Shown in pieces: positions 23,575 to 33,485 of a stretch of DNA of 64,000 nucleotides; within the stretch, counting starts at the first letter, position 1; every line of letters starts with the position of its first letter. Under the pieces are notes generated by a model. The model saw nothing but the letters and a program-made list of their open reading frames with translations, was not told the origin of the DNA and did not search any database. A program made the position numbers and the translations under genes. The stretch covers positions 60,511-124,510 of the forward strand of contig CAVOGK010000026.1 of NCBI GenBank assembly GCA_963695395.1. The letters run 5' to 3'. This DNA is from an uncultured Thermoleophilia bacterium (GTDB lineage Bacteria; Actinomycetota; Thermoleophilia; UBA2241).

Positions 23575-24536
23575 CGCAGGCCTGTCCGTAGTCGCGGGCT
23601 GACAAGGATGGTGAGGATGTCGGCCGTCAGGTTGGCCAACACGTACACGGCCGCGATGATCAGGCAGATGGCCTGCACCATGGGCATGTCGCGGTTGGCG
23701 ACGGCGTCGACCAGGGCCGAGCCGATGCCGGGAAAGGCGAAGAGGTACTCGACCACGACGACGCCCCCGGCCAGCCAGGCGAGGTTGAGCGCCGTGACCT
23801 GGAGCGCCGGGCCGAGGGCGTTCGGGAGCGCGTGCCGGTTGAGCACGAGGCGCTCGGGCAGCCCCTTGAGCCGCGCCATCATCACGTACTCGCTCTCGAG
23901 CACCTCGATGGTGCTGGCACGCAGGATGCGCGTGATGTACGGCGCCACCGCCAGCGTCAACGTGAGCGCGGGCAGGATGAACAGCTCGATTTGCTGATAG
24001 ATGGGAACGCCCGGGTCGACGCGCGAGACCGCAGGCAGCCAGTTGAAGACCTGGGTCGCGAACAGCAGGATCAGGACGATGCCGATGACGAACTCCGGCA
24101 GGGCGGCAAGCGAGAGGCTGCCGACAGTCACGGTGGTGTCGAACTTGCTGTCTCTTCGTAACGCGGTGAGGGAGCCCAGAAGCAGGGAGATGGGAATGCT
24201 GAGCAGGGCGGCAATCGCGACCAGTATGAAGGTGTTGATGACGCGCCGCGTGAGGAGCTCGGTGACCGGCTTGTCCTGCACGAGCGAGTTCCCGAGGTCG
24301 CCGGTGACGACGCCGCCGAGCCAGCTCAGGTACTGCTCGGCGATCGGCTTGTTCAGTCCGAGTTGCTCCCGCAGGGCCTCGTAGCGGGCCTTTTCCGCCG
24401 CTTCCTTGCCGAGGATCGCCCGGGCCGTGTCGCCGGGCAGGGCCTGGGTCGCGGCGAACACGACGACCGAGACCAGGAACAACGTGAGGACACCCAAGCC
24501 GATCCGGATCAGGATCAGCTTCAGGAGCGGTGGCAT
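23571..24536 (-). CDS. oppB: Oligopeptide/dipeptide ABC transporter permease
   Basis: 321 aa. MPPLLKLILIRIGLGVLTLFLV..., typical OppB/DppB. Confidence 0.85.
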   Translation of the reverse strand: MPPLLKLILIRIGLGVLTLFLVSVVVFAATQALPGDTARAILGKEAAEKARYEALREQLGLNKPIAEQYLSWLGGVVTGDLGNSLVQDKPVTELLTRRVINTFILVAIAALLSIPISLLLGSLTALRRDSKFDTTVTVGSLSLAALPEFVIGIVLILLFATQVFNWLPAVSRVDPGVPIYQQIELFILPALTLTLAVAPYITRILRASTIEVLESEYVMMARLKGLPERLVLNRHALPNALGPALQVTALNLAWLAGGVVVVEYLFAFPGIGSALVDAVANRDMPMVQAICLIIAAVYVLANLTADILTILVSPRLRTGLR

Positions 24537-24750
24537 CGGATCCGATCCCTTCTGTGAGTCATGCGAAGCATTCGGTCAAGTCTCCCGCGAGTCTAGGGGC
24601 AGAGTCGGAGGTGTCAAGGTCGCCACGGTCACGTCGACGACCGACGTCGAGGCGCGTGGTTCCTGCCTCCGGGCGGTCTCGACCGGACCGGCGGCGGGCG
24701 CCAAGGGAGAGTATGGCGTTCGCCGCCGGTCCTGACGATAGTGCCCTGTC

Positions 24751-26397
24751 TCAGACGAAGTAGACTTCCTTGAAGTACATCCGGCCGACAGGACCGCCGA
24801 GCTTGTCCAGCTTGTAGCCGGTGGTCGTCGTGGAGTAGGCGTCGACCTGGTTGCGCCACGACCAGACGATGTAGCCGCCCGTGTCGAACTCGATCTGCTG
24901 CGCTTGGCTGATGAGCGCGTTGCGCTGCGTCGTCGTCGACCGTCGTGAACGCCTCCTGGACGCAGCGACAGCCACTCGGCGTTCTCCCAGTGAGTCTCGT
25001 TGTAGGGCGCGTCGGGCATCGTGCCCTGGCTGGCCTGCGCGAGGTAGCCTCGCGTCGCCCAGAAGTCCTGGGCGAACGGCCACGACAGGTAGTCGTCGCC
25101 GTAGAAGACGCCCGCGTCGGTCTTCTTGATCTTGACGGTGACGCCGGCGGCCTTGGCCTGCTCGGCGAACACCTGCGCCGCCGCGACCTCGTCGCCGCCC
25201 AACGCGCCCTCGGAAGTGACGAGCTCGACCGTGAGGTTGTTGTCGTAGCCGGCCTGCTTGAGCAGCGACTTGGCCTGCTCGATGTCCTGCACGCGCTGCG
25301 GCGAGGTCGCGGCGTGCCGGCGTCGTACCGGGCGTACATGTCGTTGCCCACGGCGCCCGAGGCCGCTGTACGCCTGGTCGATCATCTGCTGGCGGTCGAC
25401 GATGAGCCGGAAGGCCTGACGCACGCGCACGTCGTCGAACGGCTTGACGTCGATGCGCATGGTGAAGGGACGCCACGCGCCGGTCTCGGCGTTGAGGAGC
25501 GCGAGGCCGTCCGTCGCCTCGATGACCTTGGCCTGGCTCTTCGGCAACTGCGACATCGCCTGGATCTGGCCGCTCTGCAGCGCGTTGATGCGCGCCGTGT
25601 CGTCGGCGAACTCGATCATGGTGAGGGTGTCGACGTACGGGGGCGTGTTCCAGTAGTCGGCGAACGCATCCCACTTGAACTGCTCGCCGGGCTTCATGTC
25701 GATCATCTTGAACGGGCCGCTGCCGATGGGGTTCTTCGGGTCGAAGCCCACCGGAACGATCTTGGCAGCTACGCTCAGCGAGATTCTCGGCCAGCAGCAC
25801 GTTCGCCGTCGAGAGGGTGATCTCGACCGTCTTGTCGTCGATCTTCTTGGTGCCGCCGGGAGCGACGCCGGTGAGAGCGGCGGCGCCGACCTTCGGGTCC
25901 TTCGGGTCGACGATGCGATCCAAGGAGAAGACGACGTCGTCGGCGGTGACGGGCTTACCGTCGTGCCACAGCACCCCGTCGCGCAGCTTGACCTGCCAGA
26001 CGGAACCGTCGGCGTTGGGCTCGATGGTCTCGGCCAGCAGGTTCTCCAACTGCATGTCGAAGGTCCAGCTGGTGAGACCCTCGTACATGATGTACTGGAT
26101 GGCGATGTCGGGCTCGTACGAGCCCAAGTGCGGATCGGCGGTGTCTTTGGCCGAGCCGCCGACGATGCCGACCATGAGGTCGCCGCCCTTGTTGGGCGTG
26201 CCCGCGGCGGACTCCGAGGCGGAGCTGCTCGTACTGTCGCTGCCGCACGCTGCCGCCAGCGGCCCGAGAGCCGTGACTCCTCCGAGCGCTGCCGCCCCCT
26301 TGAGCAGACTGCGGCGCGAGATGCGCTTGCCGTTGACGAGCTCCCCGAGCTCGCCCAACTCGAGCCCTGCTGGACTCCGCTTGTCCTTGTCAGTCAC
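24751..26397 (-). CDS. oppA: ABC transporter substrate-binding protein, family 5 (OppA/DppA/NikA-like)
   Basis: Tat/Sec-like RRSLLKGAAALGGVTALGPLAAACGS lipobox-like signal. SBP_bac_5 pattern. Start uncertain: GTG 26397 preferred, the ORF extends to 26607. Confidence 0.75.
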   Translation of the reverse strand: MTDKDKRSPAGLELGELGELVNGKRISRRSLLKGAAALGGVTALGPLAAACGSDSTSSSASESAAGTPNKGGDLMVGIVGGSAKDTADPHLGSYEPDIAIQYIMYEGLTSWTFDMQLENLLAETIEPNADGSVWQVKLRDGVLWHDGKPVTADDVVFSLDRIVDPKDPKVGAAALTGVAPGGTKKIDDKTVEITLSTANVLLAENLAERSCQDRSGGLRPEEPHRQRPVQDDRHEARRAVQVGCVRRLLEHAPVRRHPHHDRVRRRHGAHQRAAERPDPGDVAVAEEPGQGHRGDGRPRAPQRRDRRVASLHHAHRRQAVRRRARASGLPAHRRPPADDRPGVQRPRAPWATTCTPGTTPARRDLAAARAGHRAGQVAAQAGRLRQQPHGRARHFRGRVGRRRGRGGAGVRRAGQGRRRHRQDQEDRRGRLLRRRLPVVAVRPGLLGDARLPRAGQPGHDARRALQRDSLGERRVAVAASRRRSRRSTTTQRNALISQAQQIEFDTGGYIVWSWRNQVDAYSTTTTGYKLDKLGGPVGRMYFKEVYFV

Positions 26398-26568
26398 GAT
26401 TCCCGTCCCCCTGTCTCGGTCGTTTCCTGAAAGTCGCGCCTCAGTGTCAATCCTGTCGTCTCCGGGCATCGGCGTCAATGTCGCAGATCGCGCCTTGGGC
26501 ATTCGTCCGCGACGGAAAGCCCCTTGGCTGCACACGCTCGCGGCCGGCCGGTGACCTGCAACGACTAT

Positions 26569-26580
26569 CCACCCGGGTGG
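26569..26580. promoter_or_regulatory. Perfect 12-bp palindrome CCACCCGGGTGG in the oppA1/lrp1 divergent region
   Basis: Exact self-complement. Lies in a relatively AT-rich promoter island. Confidence 0.25.
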
Positions 26581-26728
26581 GTAGACAAGTAACGTCACTA
26601 TGGACAAGGTGCCACAACTCTGTCAAGACTCTTGATCATGAACACTAGCACCGGGGCCCGGCATTGGCAACTAGATGGGATATGGAATCGTAGCGCATGT
26701 CTTTGATTCCGAGCAGTTTGTTGAACGG

Positions 26729-26746
26729 ATAGCGTCGCATCGCTAT
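26729..26746. promoter_or_regulatory. Inverted repeat ATAGCG-N6-CGCTAT 12 nt upstream of the lrp1 start; candidate autoregulatory operator
   Basis: Exact 6-bp arms. Position overlaps the expected promoter/RBS region of lrp1. Confidence 0.3.
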
Positions 26747-26757
26747 ACTTCACCTTC

Positions 26758-27345
26758 ATGAAACCGAAATCTGATAGTCATCACGAAAGTCAGCCCGTCG
26801 TTCGTCAGGGCTCTCTCCCCCATGGCACCATCGAGTTGGACGACGTCGATCGGCGCATCATGAAGCTGCTGCGCCACGACGCGCGCCTCAGCTACGCACA
26901 CGTCGCGCGCACGGTCGGCGTCTCCGAGCCCACCGTGCGCAAACGCATCGACCGCCTGGTGCACGCCGGCGCCATCATCAACGCGGCACGCATCAATCCG
27001 GCCCCCATCGGCTTCCCCATAGACGCCATGATCGGCATCAACGTGGTCCGCGGCAGGGTCAAAGAGGTCGGGCGCAACCTGGCCGAGATGGAGAACGTGG
27101 CCTACGTGGCCTACGTGGCCGGCAATTTCGACATCATCATCCAGGCCTACCTGCCCCACACTGAGGGGCTGTTCAAATTCCTGAACGAGGATCTCGAGAA
27201 GATCGAGGGCATCGCCAGCACGCAGACGTGGAACGTGCTGCGCACGGAGAAGTTCTTCTACAACTGGGAGGGCGAGGATATCGGCCTCGACACCTCACCG
27301 GCCGCGGACGAAACGAGCGCCGACGGACACGACGCGTCCTCCTGA
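26758..27345 (+). CDS. Lrp/AsnC-family transcriptional regulator
   Basis: HTH (IDRRIMKLLRHDARLSYAHVARTVGVSEPTVRKRIDRL) plus a RAM domain. Divergent from oppA1. Confidence 0.85.
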   Translation: MKPKSDSHHESQPVVRQGSLPHGTIELDDVDRRIMKLLRHDARLSYAHVARTVGVSEPTVRKRIDRLVHAGAIINAARINPAPIGFPIDAMIGINVVRGRVKEVGRNLAEMENVAYVAYVAGNFDIIIQAYLPHTEGLFKFLNEDLEKIEGIASTQTWNVLRTEKFFYNWEGEDIGLDTSPAADETSADGHDASS

Positions 27346-27688
27346 CCTCGCTCCGGCCCAGTACTGAAGCGTTGAGTGCCGGCCGCAGTCCTCGCCCTGC
27401 TGGCACGTCCCTCGTGGAGGACGTCCTCTTCCTGGTCGCCGTGGAATCCATCGTCGTCGCCACGGCGAAGCCGGGCTGCACCGCGCGGGAGAGTGCCGGG
27501 GAAGGCCGTCCGCGTGCCTTCGCGGTCGGCCGCACGCAGACGGTCTCCCGCGCGCCAACGCGTAGCTGGCGCGAGGCAGCGCCGAGGGAGTACCCTGCGG
27601 GATGAAGCGTGTGCGACCCGCGACGACGACGGCGCGGGCAGCGGATCGCGCGGCGGGCTGCGCAGGCGCCGCGCAGAAAGGTGATCTG

Positions 27689-27925
27689 ATGAACGAGCCG
27701 ACGTGCGCGACCTGCCCGTGGTGGTCGCGGTTCCCCGATCGAGTCGAGTTCGGCGGCACGCCGGAGCCGGACGGCTCGATACCGGAGACCCACTCGCCGA
27801 ACGACAAGGGCGAATGCCGCAAGCGGCCGCCGCTCTTCAAGCGCACCTTTCCGATCAGCGACATCGACGACTGGTGCGGCGAACACCCGGGCCGCGCCGT
27901 CCCACGCCCCGGGGCGACCGGCTGA
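27689..27925 (+). CDS. Small Cys-rich hypothetical protein (78 aa; CATCPWW...C...C)
   Basis: ATG preceded by AAAGGTGAT. Four Cys, possible zinc ribbon. Sits in an otherwise non-coding gap. Confidence 0.3.
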   Translation: MNEPTCATCPWWSRFPDRVEFGGTPEPDGSIPETHSPNDKGECRKRPPLFKRTFPISDIDDWCGEHPGRAVPRPGATG

Positions 27926-27943
27926 GGTAGCCGAAAGCCGGGC

Positions 27944-29740
27944 TCAGCCGGCGTCGGGGCCGGCCACGCCCCCGACGTCCTTCGTCTCCAGCCAATCCTG
28001 TCCGCGACGCTGGGCCAGCGCGCACGCCCCGTAGAGCTCGTCGGTGGCGGCCACCACAGCGTCCGGTCCCAGCATCTTGAGCACGCCGGTACGGCGCAGC
28101 TGATCCTGCATCTCAGGGCCGACCCCCGCGAGGTACAGCCGCCCCCCGACGGCCGCGCAATCGGCCGCATAGTCGCGGATCAACGCGATCGTGGCGCTGT
28201 GGAGCGTCCCGCGCCCGCGCACGCGCAGCACGACGACCGGTCGCCGCGCCGCGCCGACAGCGGGCAGGGACTCCCTCACCTTGGGGCCGGCGGCGAAGAA
28301 GAGGCTGCCGTAGATGTCCAGCACGGTGACGGCGTCGCTGGAGAGCGCGCGCGGCGCGGCGGTCTCCCTCAGGCGTCCGTCCTCACCCGTCACGACCTGC
28401 ATCACGCGCACATCGAGCGACGACAGGTAGATGTGCTTGATCACCGAGATGGCCGCCCCGGCGAGCACCGCATACTGCAATGGGACGACGAGGACGAGGA
28501 CGAACGTCGTCACCATGACGGCGGCGGACATCTTGTCCGCCCTCCAGATGTCCCCCACGGCGCGCGGCTGGAGCGCGCTGGAGGCCGCCACCACCAGGAT
28601 GCCCGCCGTGACCGCAAGCGGGACCCGCTGCACCAGCGGCGCCGCGACAAGCACGACGATGACGACGAAGAGGCCGGCGAAGACGGACGACCAGCGTGTG
28701 CGCGCGCCGGCGCCGACGTCGAGCGCCGTGGCCTGCACGGACCCCCCGACGACCCCTCCGGTGAAGAAGCCCGAGAAGATGTTCGCGACGCCCTGGCCGG
28801 CGAAATCCCGGCTTGAGTCTCCGAGGCGCCCGTCCGCGTTGGGCACGGTCCGGCTGATGCCGGCGCCCTGCACCAGCCCGATGATCGCCAGGGACAGGGC
28901 CGGCAGCAACAGCGCCGGCGCGAGCGAGAAATCGGGCAGCCGCGGGATCGGCAGGCTCCGGGGAATCGGCGCGATGTCGCCGACCACCGCCACCGACGGC
29001 AGGCGGAGCACCGCGACCGTCACGGTCAGCGCAACGAGCGCGATCGCCATGGCGAGGAGCCGCAGGCGCGTCCGTCTGAGCACGACGACGAGGACCACCG
29101 TCGTGAGGCCGACGACAGTGGTCGGGAGGTCGACACTCCCCAGGTGTGCGATCGTGTCGGCGGCCTTCTGGAGCTTGTTGTCGTGATAGCCGGAGAAGCC
29201 GGTGAGCGCGGCCAGCTGCCCGAGCAGGATCGTCACCGAGACGCCGGCCATGAACCCGACCATGACCGCGTTCGAGATGAAGCGCACCAGACCACCGGCT
29301 CGCAGGATCCCGGCGACGGTCATGATGACGCCGGTGAGAAGCGCCAGTACGAACAGGCCCGAAACCCGCTGCTGCGCCGGCAGGGCGGCCAGGGCTCCGC
29401 CGGCAGCAAGGCTCAACACCGCCGTCGGGACGATCGACATGCGCTCCGAACTCGACGCGAGCGCCCCTGACGGGCTGCCGACCATCACCGCGTAGAGCCC
29501 GTGCACCGGCGGGACGCCGGCGAGCATCGTGTAGGCCATGGAATTGCCGACCTGGGCGGCGCCTACCGTGGCGCCGGCGAGCAGGTCGCGAGGCAGGTCC
29601 TTGCGCGTCGGCAGCTCGAGCCGGCGCACGAGACCGCGGACGCCCGCCGAGGGCCGTCGACCGTTGCTCATCGCGACCGCCGCCGATGGCGTCCCGAGCG
29701 CCGCCGCTCGCCGGCGCGGGGCGCCGGCGCAACGACACAA
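27944..29740 (-). CDS. SulP-family sulfate/anion permease with C-terminal STAS domain
   Basis: Multi-TM core plus STAS-like tail. Start uncertain; several in-frame Met. Confidence 0.8.
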   Translation of the reverse strand: MCRCAGAPRRRAAALGTPSAAVAMSNGRRPSAGVRGLVRRLELPTRKDLPRDLLAGATVGAAQVGNSMAYTMLAGVPPVHGLYAVMVGSPSGALASSSERMSIVPTAVLSLAAGGALAALPAQQRVSGLFVLALLTGVIMTVAGILRAGGLVRFISNAVMVGFMAGVSVTILLGQLAALTGFSGYHDNKLQKAADTIAHLGSVDLPTTVVGLTTVVLVVVLRRTRLRLLAMAIALVALTVTVAVLRLPSVAVVGDIAPIPRSLPIPRLPDFSLAPALLLPALSLAIIGLVQGAGISRTVPNADGRLGDSSRDFAGQGVANIFSGFFTGGVVGGSVQATALDVGAGARTRWSSVFAGLFVVIVVLVAAPLVQRVPLAVTAGILVVAASSALQPRAVGDIWRADKMSAAVMVTTFVLVLVVPLQYAVLAGAAISVIKHIYLSSLDVRVMQVVTGEDGRLRETAAPRALSSDAVTVLDIYGSLFFAAGPKVRESLPAVGAARRPVVVLRVRGRGTLHSATIALIRDYAADCAAVGGRLYLAGVGPEMQDQLRRTGVLKMLGPDAVVAATDELYGACALAQRRGQDWLETKDVGGVAGPDAG

Positions 29741-29860
29741 GGGAGCTGAGACCGCGCCGCGGGCGTCCGCGGGACGACCCGCGTGAGAGGTGCGCCGCCC
29801 GGGGTCACCGGCGGCCGGAGCAGCCCGGCTCGGCGACGCCGGCGAGCACGGGGGCCGGCC

Positions 29861-31079
29861 TCACGCCCGCGAGCTAGCATTGCCGTGGCCGGCGTACGCC
29901 TTCTGGAGGACCTCCGCCACCTCCGGCCGTGTGAACCACTCGGGGAGCTTCTTGCCTTTGGCGAGGTAGTCCTCACGCACCTGGGTGCCGGAGATGGAGG
30001 AGATGTCGGCCCCGGGAGGGACCAGGCTGGCCTCTTCATACCGGTCCTCATCGGACAGATAGAACAGCTCGCGCGGAGGCGACGGTCTGCACACCGATCT
30101 CGGCCGAGTAGTGCTCGGCCATCGCTTGCGCGTCGTAGGGTCCGTAGAAGGGCACGCCGTGCGAATCGGGGCCGGGGCCGGCATGGTCCCGCCCGACAAT
30201 GAGATGCGTGGCGCCGTAGTTGCGCCGGATGATGGCGTGCCACACGGCCTCTCGCGGCCCGGCGAAGCGCATGGCCAGGGGCATGAGCGAGAGCAGCGTG
30301 GTCGCCTGGTCGTAGTAGTTGCGCACCAGCACCTCGTAGGCCTCGACGCGGAGTGCGTGATGCACGTCCTGGGGGCGGGTCACGCCGACCGCCGGATGGA
30401 TGAGGAGCGTACCGCCCACAGCGCTCGCGGCACGCTTGGTCAGCTCCTCGTGGATACGGTGCATCGGGTTGCGGGTCTGGAACGCGACGACCGTCGGGTT
30501 GCCCATGGCCGCGAGGCGCTCCCGCGTCTCGGCCGGCGTGAGGCACTGTGAGCCGTGAAGACGATGCCGCGGCAGACCGAGCACGCGCGGGCGGCCGGCG
30601 AGGTAGTAGCCCGGCCAGCGCGCCGCCTCGATCACCAGCGGGTGGGCGCTGTCCCTCCCGCCCAGCACGGCCCGCATCTCGCGCATCATGTCGTGAGGGT
30701 AGGCCTCGTCCACCTCAAGGACCGCGAGGACCGCGCCCTGCTCATCCGTCAGCGCCACCTCGCCGGGAGCGCCGCGCACGTCCTCCTCGCGGACGGGCAC
30801 CGCCAGCGGGATGGGGAACAGCATGCCACCCCTGAGATGCATCTCGTAGAGCACCGACTCGTACTCGTCCTGCGCCATGAACCGGTCCAGCGGGGAGAAC
30901 GCCCCGACGGCCAGCATCTCGAGGTCGTACTGGGCGCGCAGCGAGAGCGGCACGACGGGGAGCCGTCGTGCCCGCTCGAGCAGCGACCGCCGTTCTTCGG
31001 GGTCGCTCACGACGAGGTCCACAAGCCGCCCGCCGAACGGCGAGATCAGCTCGCGGGCTGGCTCAGGTCGGTGGCTCAC
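29861..31079 (-). CDS. sat: Sulfate adenylyltransferase (ATP sulfurylase), one frameshift near 30130-30200
   Basis: QTRNPMHRIHEEL, HLIVGRDHAGPG. The C-terminus ...GTQVREDYLAKGKKLPEWFTRPEVAEVL continues in ORF 29861-30199. Confidence 0.75.
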
Positions 31080-31186
31080 GGAAGTCGTCGTGCACGCTCC
31101 TGATCGGACGGCCGCGTCGGCCGACGCGGCCGCGACGCCGGGGAGGGCGGACGGCACGCGCGCCCTCCCCGGCGAGGTAGGCGCGC

Positions 31187-31915
31187 CTACGGACGCAGGC
31201 GCGCCTCGTACATCTTCTCGTAGTACGGCATGCACTGCTCGTACATCTCCTTGAGCTCCGGCACGTCGTCGACCGTGTAGCCGAAGTCCTCCATGTCTTT
31301 CTGGAATCCGGTGCTGTCGCCGGCGTCCAGGTGCCACATCTCCCAGTCCTTCCACTCCTGCTTGAACTCGGGCTTCCACGTGAGCGACTCGGGCAGGAAC
31401 GGGATGCCGACCTTCTCGCAGTACTGCTCGACCACAGACCCGGCGTCGATGAGCAGGTCCTCGGCGTCGACGACCGCCGGCACCTCACCGGTGATCTTCT
31501 TGGCCAGCTCGAACAGCTTGAACTGCGACTCGAAGCCGATCTCGCGGAGCGTCACCGTGGGGTCGAGCTTGTGATACGAGACCAGCGTGAGGGCGGGGTC
31601 GCGGATGATGAACGTGTTGGTGAACTTCTGCATGAAGTCCTCGTCCGCGTCGTCGCTGACGTAGTACGCCATGTCCTTGAAGAACACCGGCTTGTCCGCG
31701 CCGGCGGCCTCGATCATCTCGACGGTGCCCTCGAAGGTCTGGGGATGGCCCTCCTGCGGCTGCATCCCGACCGGCTCCTTCGCCTTGGCCTCGAGGTAGA
31801 AGTAGTACCCGAACGGCTCGTGGATGACCTTGAAGTCGCCGCGCTCGAACATCATGCGTTCGAATCCGGTCGAGATCGAGCGGGGGACGGACCAGAGGGG
31901 GACGATCTTGTTCAT
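31187..31915 (-). CDS. Sulfotransferase-family protein
   Basis: MNKIVPLWSVPRSISTGFERMM, a P-loop-like PAPS-binding motif. GGAGAG SD before the ATG at 31915. Confidence 0.55.
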   Translation of the reverse strand: MNKIVPLWSVPRSISTGFERMMFERGDFKVIHEPFGYYFYLEAKAKEPVGMQPQEGHPQTFEGTVEMIEAAGADKPVFFKDMAYYVSDDADEDFMQKFTNTFIIRDPALTLVSYHKLDPTVTLREIGFESQFKLFELAKKITGEVPAVVDAEDLLIDAGSVVEQYCEKVGIPFLPESLTWKPEFKQEWKDWEMWHLDAGDSTGFQKDMEDFGYTVDDVPELKEMYEQCMPYYEKMYEARLRP

Positions 31916-32411
31916 GCAATCTCTCCTCGACGCGTGCTGCAGGGCTGATGTGACGATCGGGACCGGCCAGCCGTGGCGACGGGCGACGCACCCGGGACGG
32001 CGACCATGCCTCCGACATGTCTGCAACGACGGTAACACTCGGGCGACGTCGTGGCAACACCAGGATGACGGAATCATAGCGAATCCTGCTGATTCTCAAC
32101 TGGTCGTGAATGCAAAGGGTCCGATTCTCTGTACTTACTGACTGTGGTCAGCATTATCGATATGAATCCCTGAAATCCCACCCGTTGTGCGTCAGGGCCA
32201 GCTCCCCAACGGGACACTGCCGCTCGGCGGCCTCGACCGCCACACGCGGCCTGCGTCGCCGGCGGTATGGAACGCGCCGCGCACGGAGGATCTCTTCTAC
32301 AATCGGCAGGGTGAGGGCGTAAGGGTGGCGCGGCCCGGCGAGGACGAGACCTCGCAGGAGCCGCGGCGGACCGGCAAAGCGAGACAGGCTACCTCGTCCG
32401 GGAGGACGCCG

Positions 32412-33413
32412 ATGTTCACAGTGATCCAGACCGACCGCGGCGCCTCGGATCGGGAGGTCGAAGACGGCGTCTTTCGCGGCTGCGGCCTCGACATCGACTT
32501 CAGGCGCTTCGAGCTCGAGAGCGAGAGTGATCTGATCGCCACCTGTGCGCAGGCCCACGCCCTCCTCCCGGCGTTCGCCCCGGTCACCGCGCGTGTCCTT
32601 GGCGAGCTTCCCGACTGCCGCATCGTCGCCTTCATGGCCACGGGCTACAACAGCGTCGACCTGGCGGCGGCCACAGAGCTCGGCATCGTCGTCACCAACG
32701 TGCCCGACTACTGCACCGCGGAAGTCGCCGACCACGCCCTCGGGTTCCTGCTCGATCTGGGGCGGAACATCACCCGGCTGCGCGACAGCGTCCTGGCAGG
32801 GCGGTGGGACTACGAAGCGTGCGGCAAGCCCGACCGCATCGGCGACCAGACGCTCGGCATCATCGGCCTGGGGCGCATCGGCAGCGCGGTCGCGCGACGG
32901 GCCCGCGGCTTCGGCCTCGCGGTGCTGGCCTCCGACCCCTACGTCGACGAGGCCGCGATGACGGGGCTCGGCGTGCAGAAGGCGGATCTCGATGAGGTCC
33001 TCGCCTGCGACTACGTCTCCCTCCACTGCGCCCTGACCGACGAGACGCAGTCGATCATCGACGCGGCGGCGCTCGCGCGGATGAGGCCGACGGCCTTCCT
33101 CATCAACACCGCCCGCGGGGGCTGCGTGGACACCGAGGCGCTCACCGTGGCGCTCGACGAGCGGCGCATCGCCGGTTCCGCGCTCGACGTGGTGAGCCCC
33201 GAGCCGCTTCCCGACGGCCATCCGCTGTACACCATGCCCAACGTCATCATCACCCCGCACACGGCCTTCATGTCGCGGGTCTCGGAGCGTGAGGCGCGCG
33301 AGAAGGCCTGCCTGGAGGTGGTGCGTGCGCTTCGCGGCGAAGTCCCCCGCAACGTGCGCAATCCCCAGGTGCTGGACCGGGACGGCCTCCGTCTCACCGC
33401 CTCCGCGGCATGA
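32412..33413 (+). CDS. D-isomer-specific 2-hydroxyacid dehydrogenase (PGDH/CtBP-like)
   Basis: GIIGLGRIGSAVARRARGFGL NAD-binding motif. Catalytic R/E/H pattern. Confidence 0.8.
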   Translation: MFTVIQTDRGASDREVEDGVFRGCGLDIDFRRFELESESDLIATCAQAHALLPAFAPVTARVLGELPDCRIVAFMATGYNSVDLAAATELGIVVTNVPDYCTAEVADHALGFLLDLGRNITRLRDSVLAGRWDYEACGKPDRIGDQTLGIIGLGRIGSAVARRARGFGLAVLASDPYVDEAAMTGLGVQKADLDEVLACDYVSLHCALTDETQSIIDAAALARMRPTAFLINTARGGCVDTEALTVALDERRIAGSALDVVSPEPLPDGHPLYTMPNVIITPHTAFMSRVSEREAREKACLEVVRALRGEVPRNVRNPQVLDRDGLRLTASAA

Positions 33414-33485
33414 GACCTTGACCACCCGGCGCCACACGCGATCTCTCCAGCTGCCTGGATCACCCCCAGGGACGGCGGTCAGCGG

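Noticed and set aside
20291-23605. 1104-aa ORF overlapping oppC, oppDF and mttB1
   Set aside because: The N-terminal ~300 aa is oppC read out of frame, and the C-terminal ~180 aa is mttB1 read out of frame. Only the central double-ABC ATPase is real.
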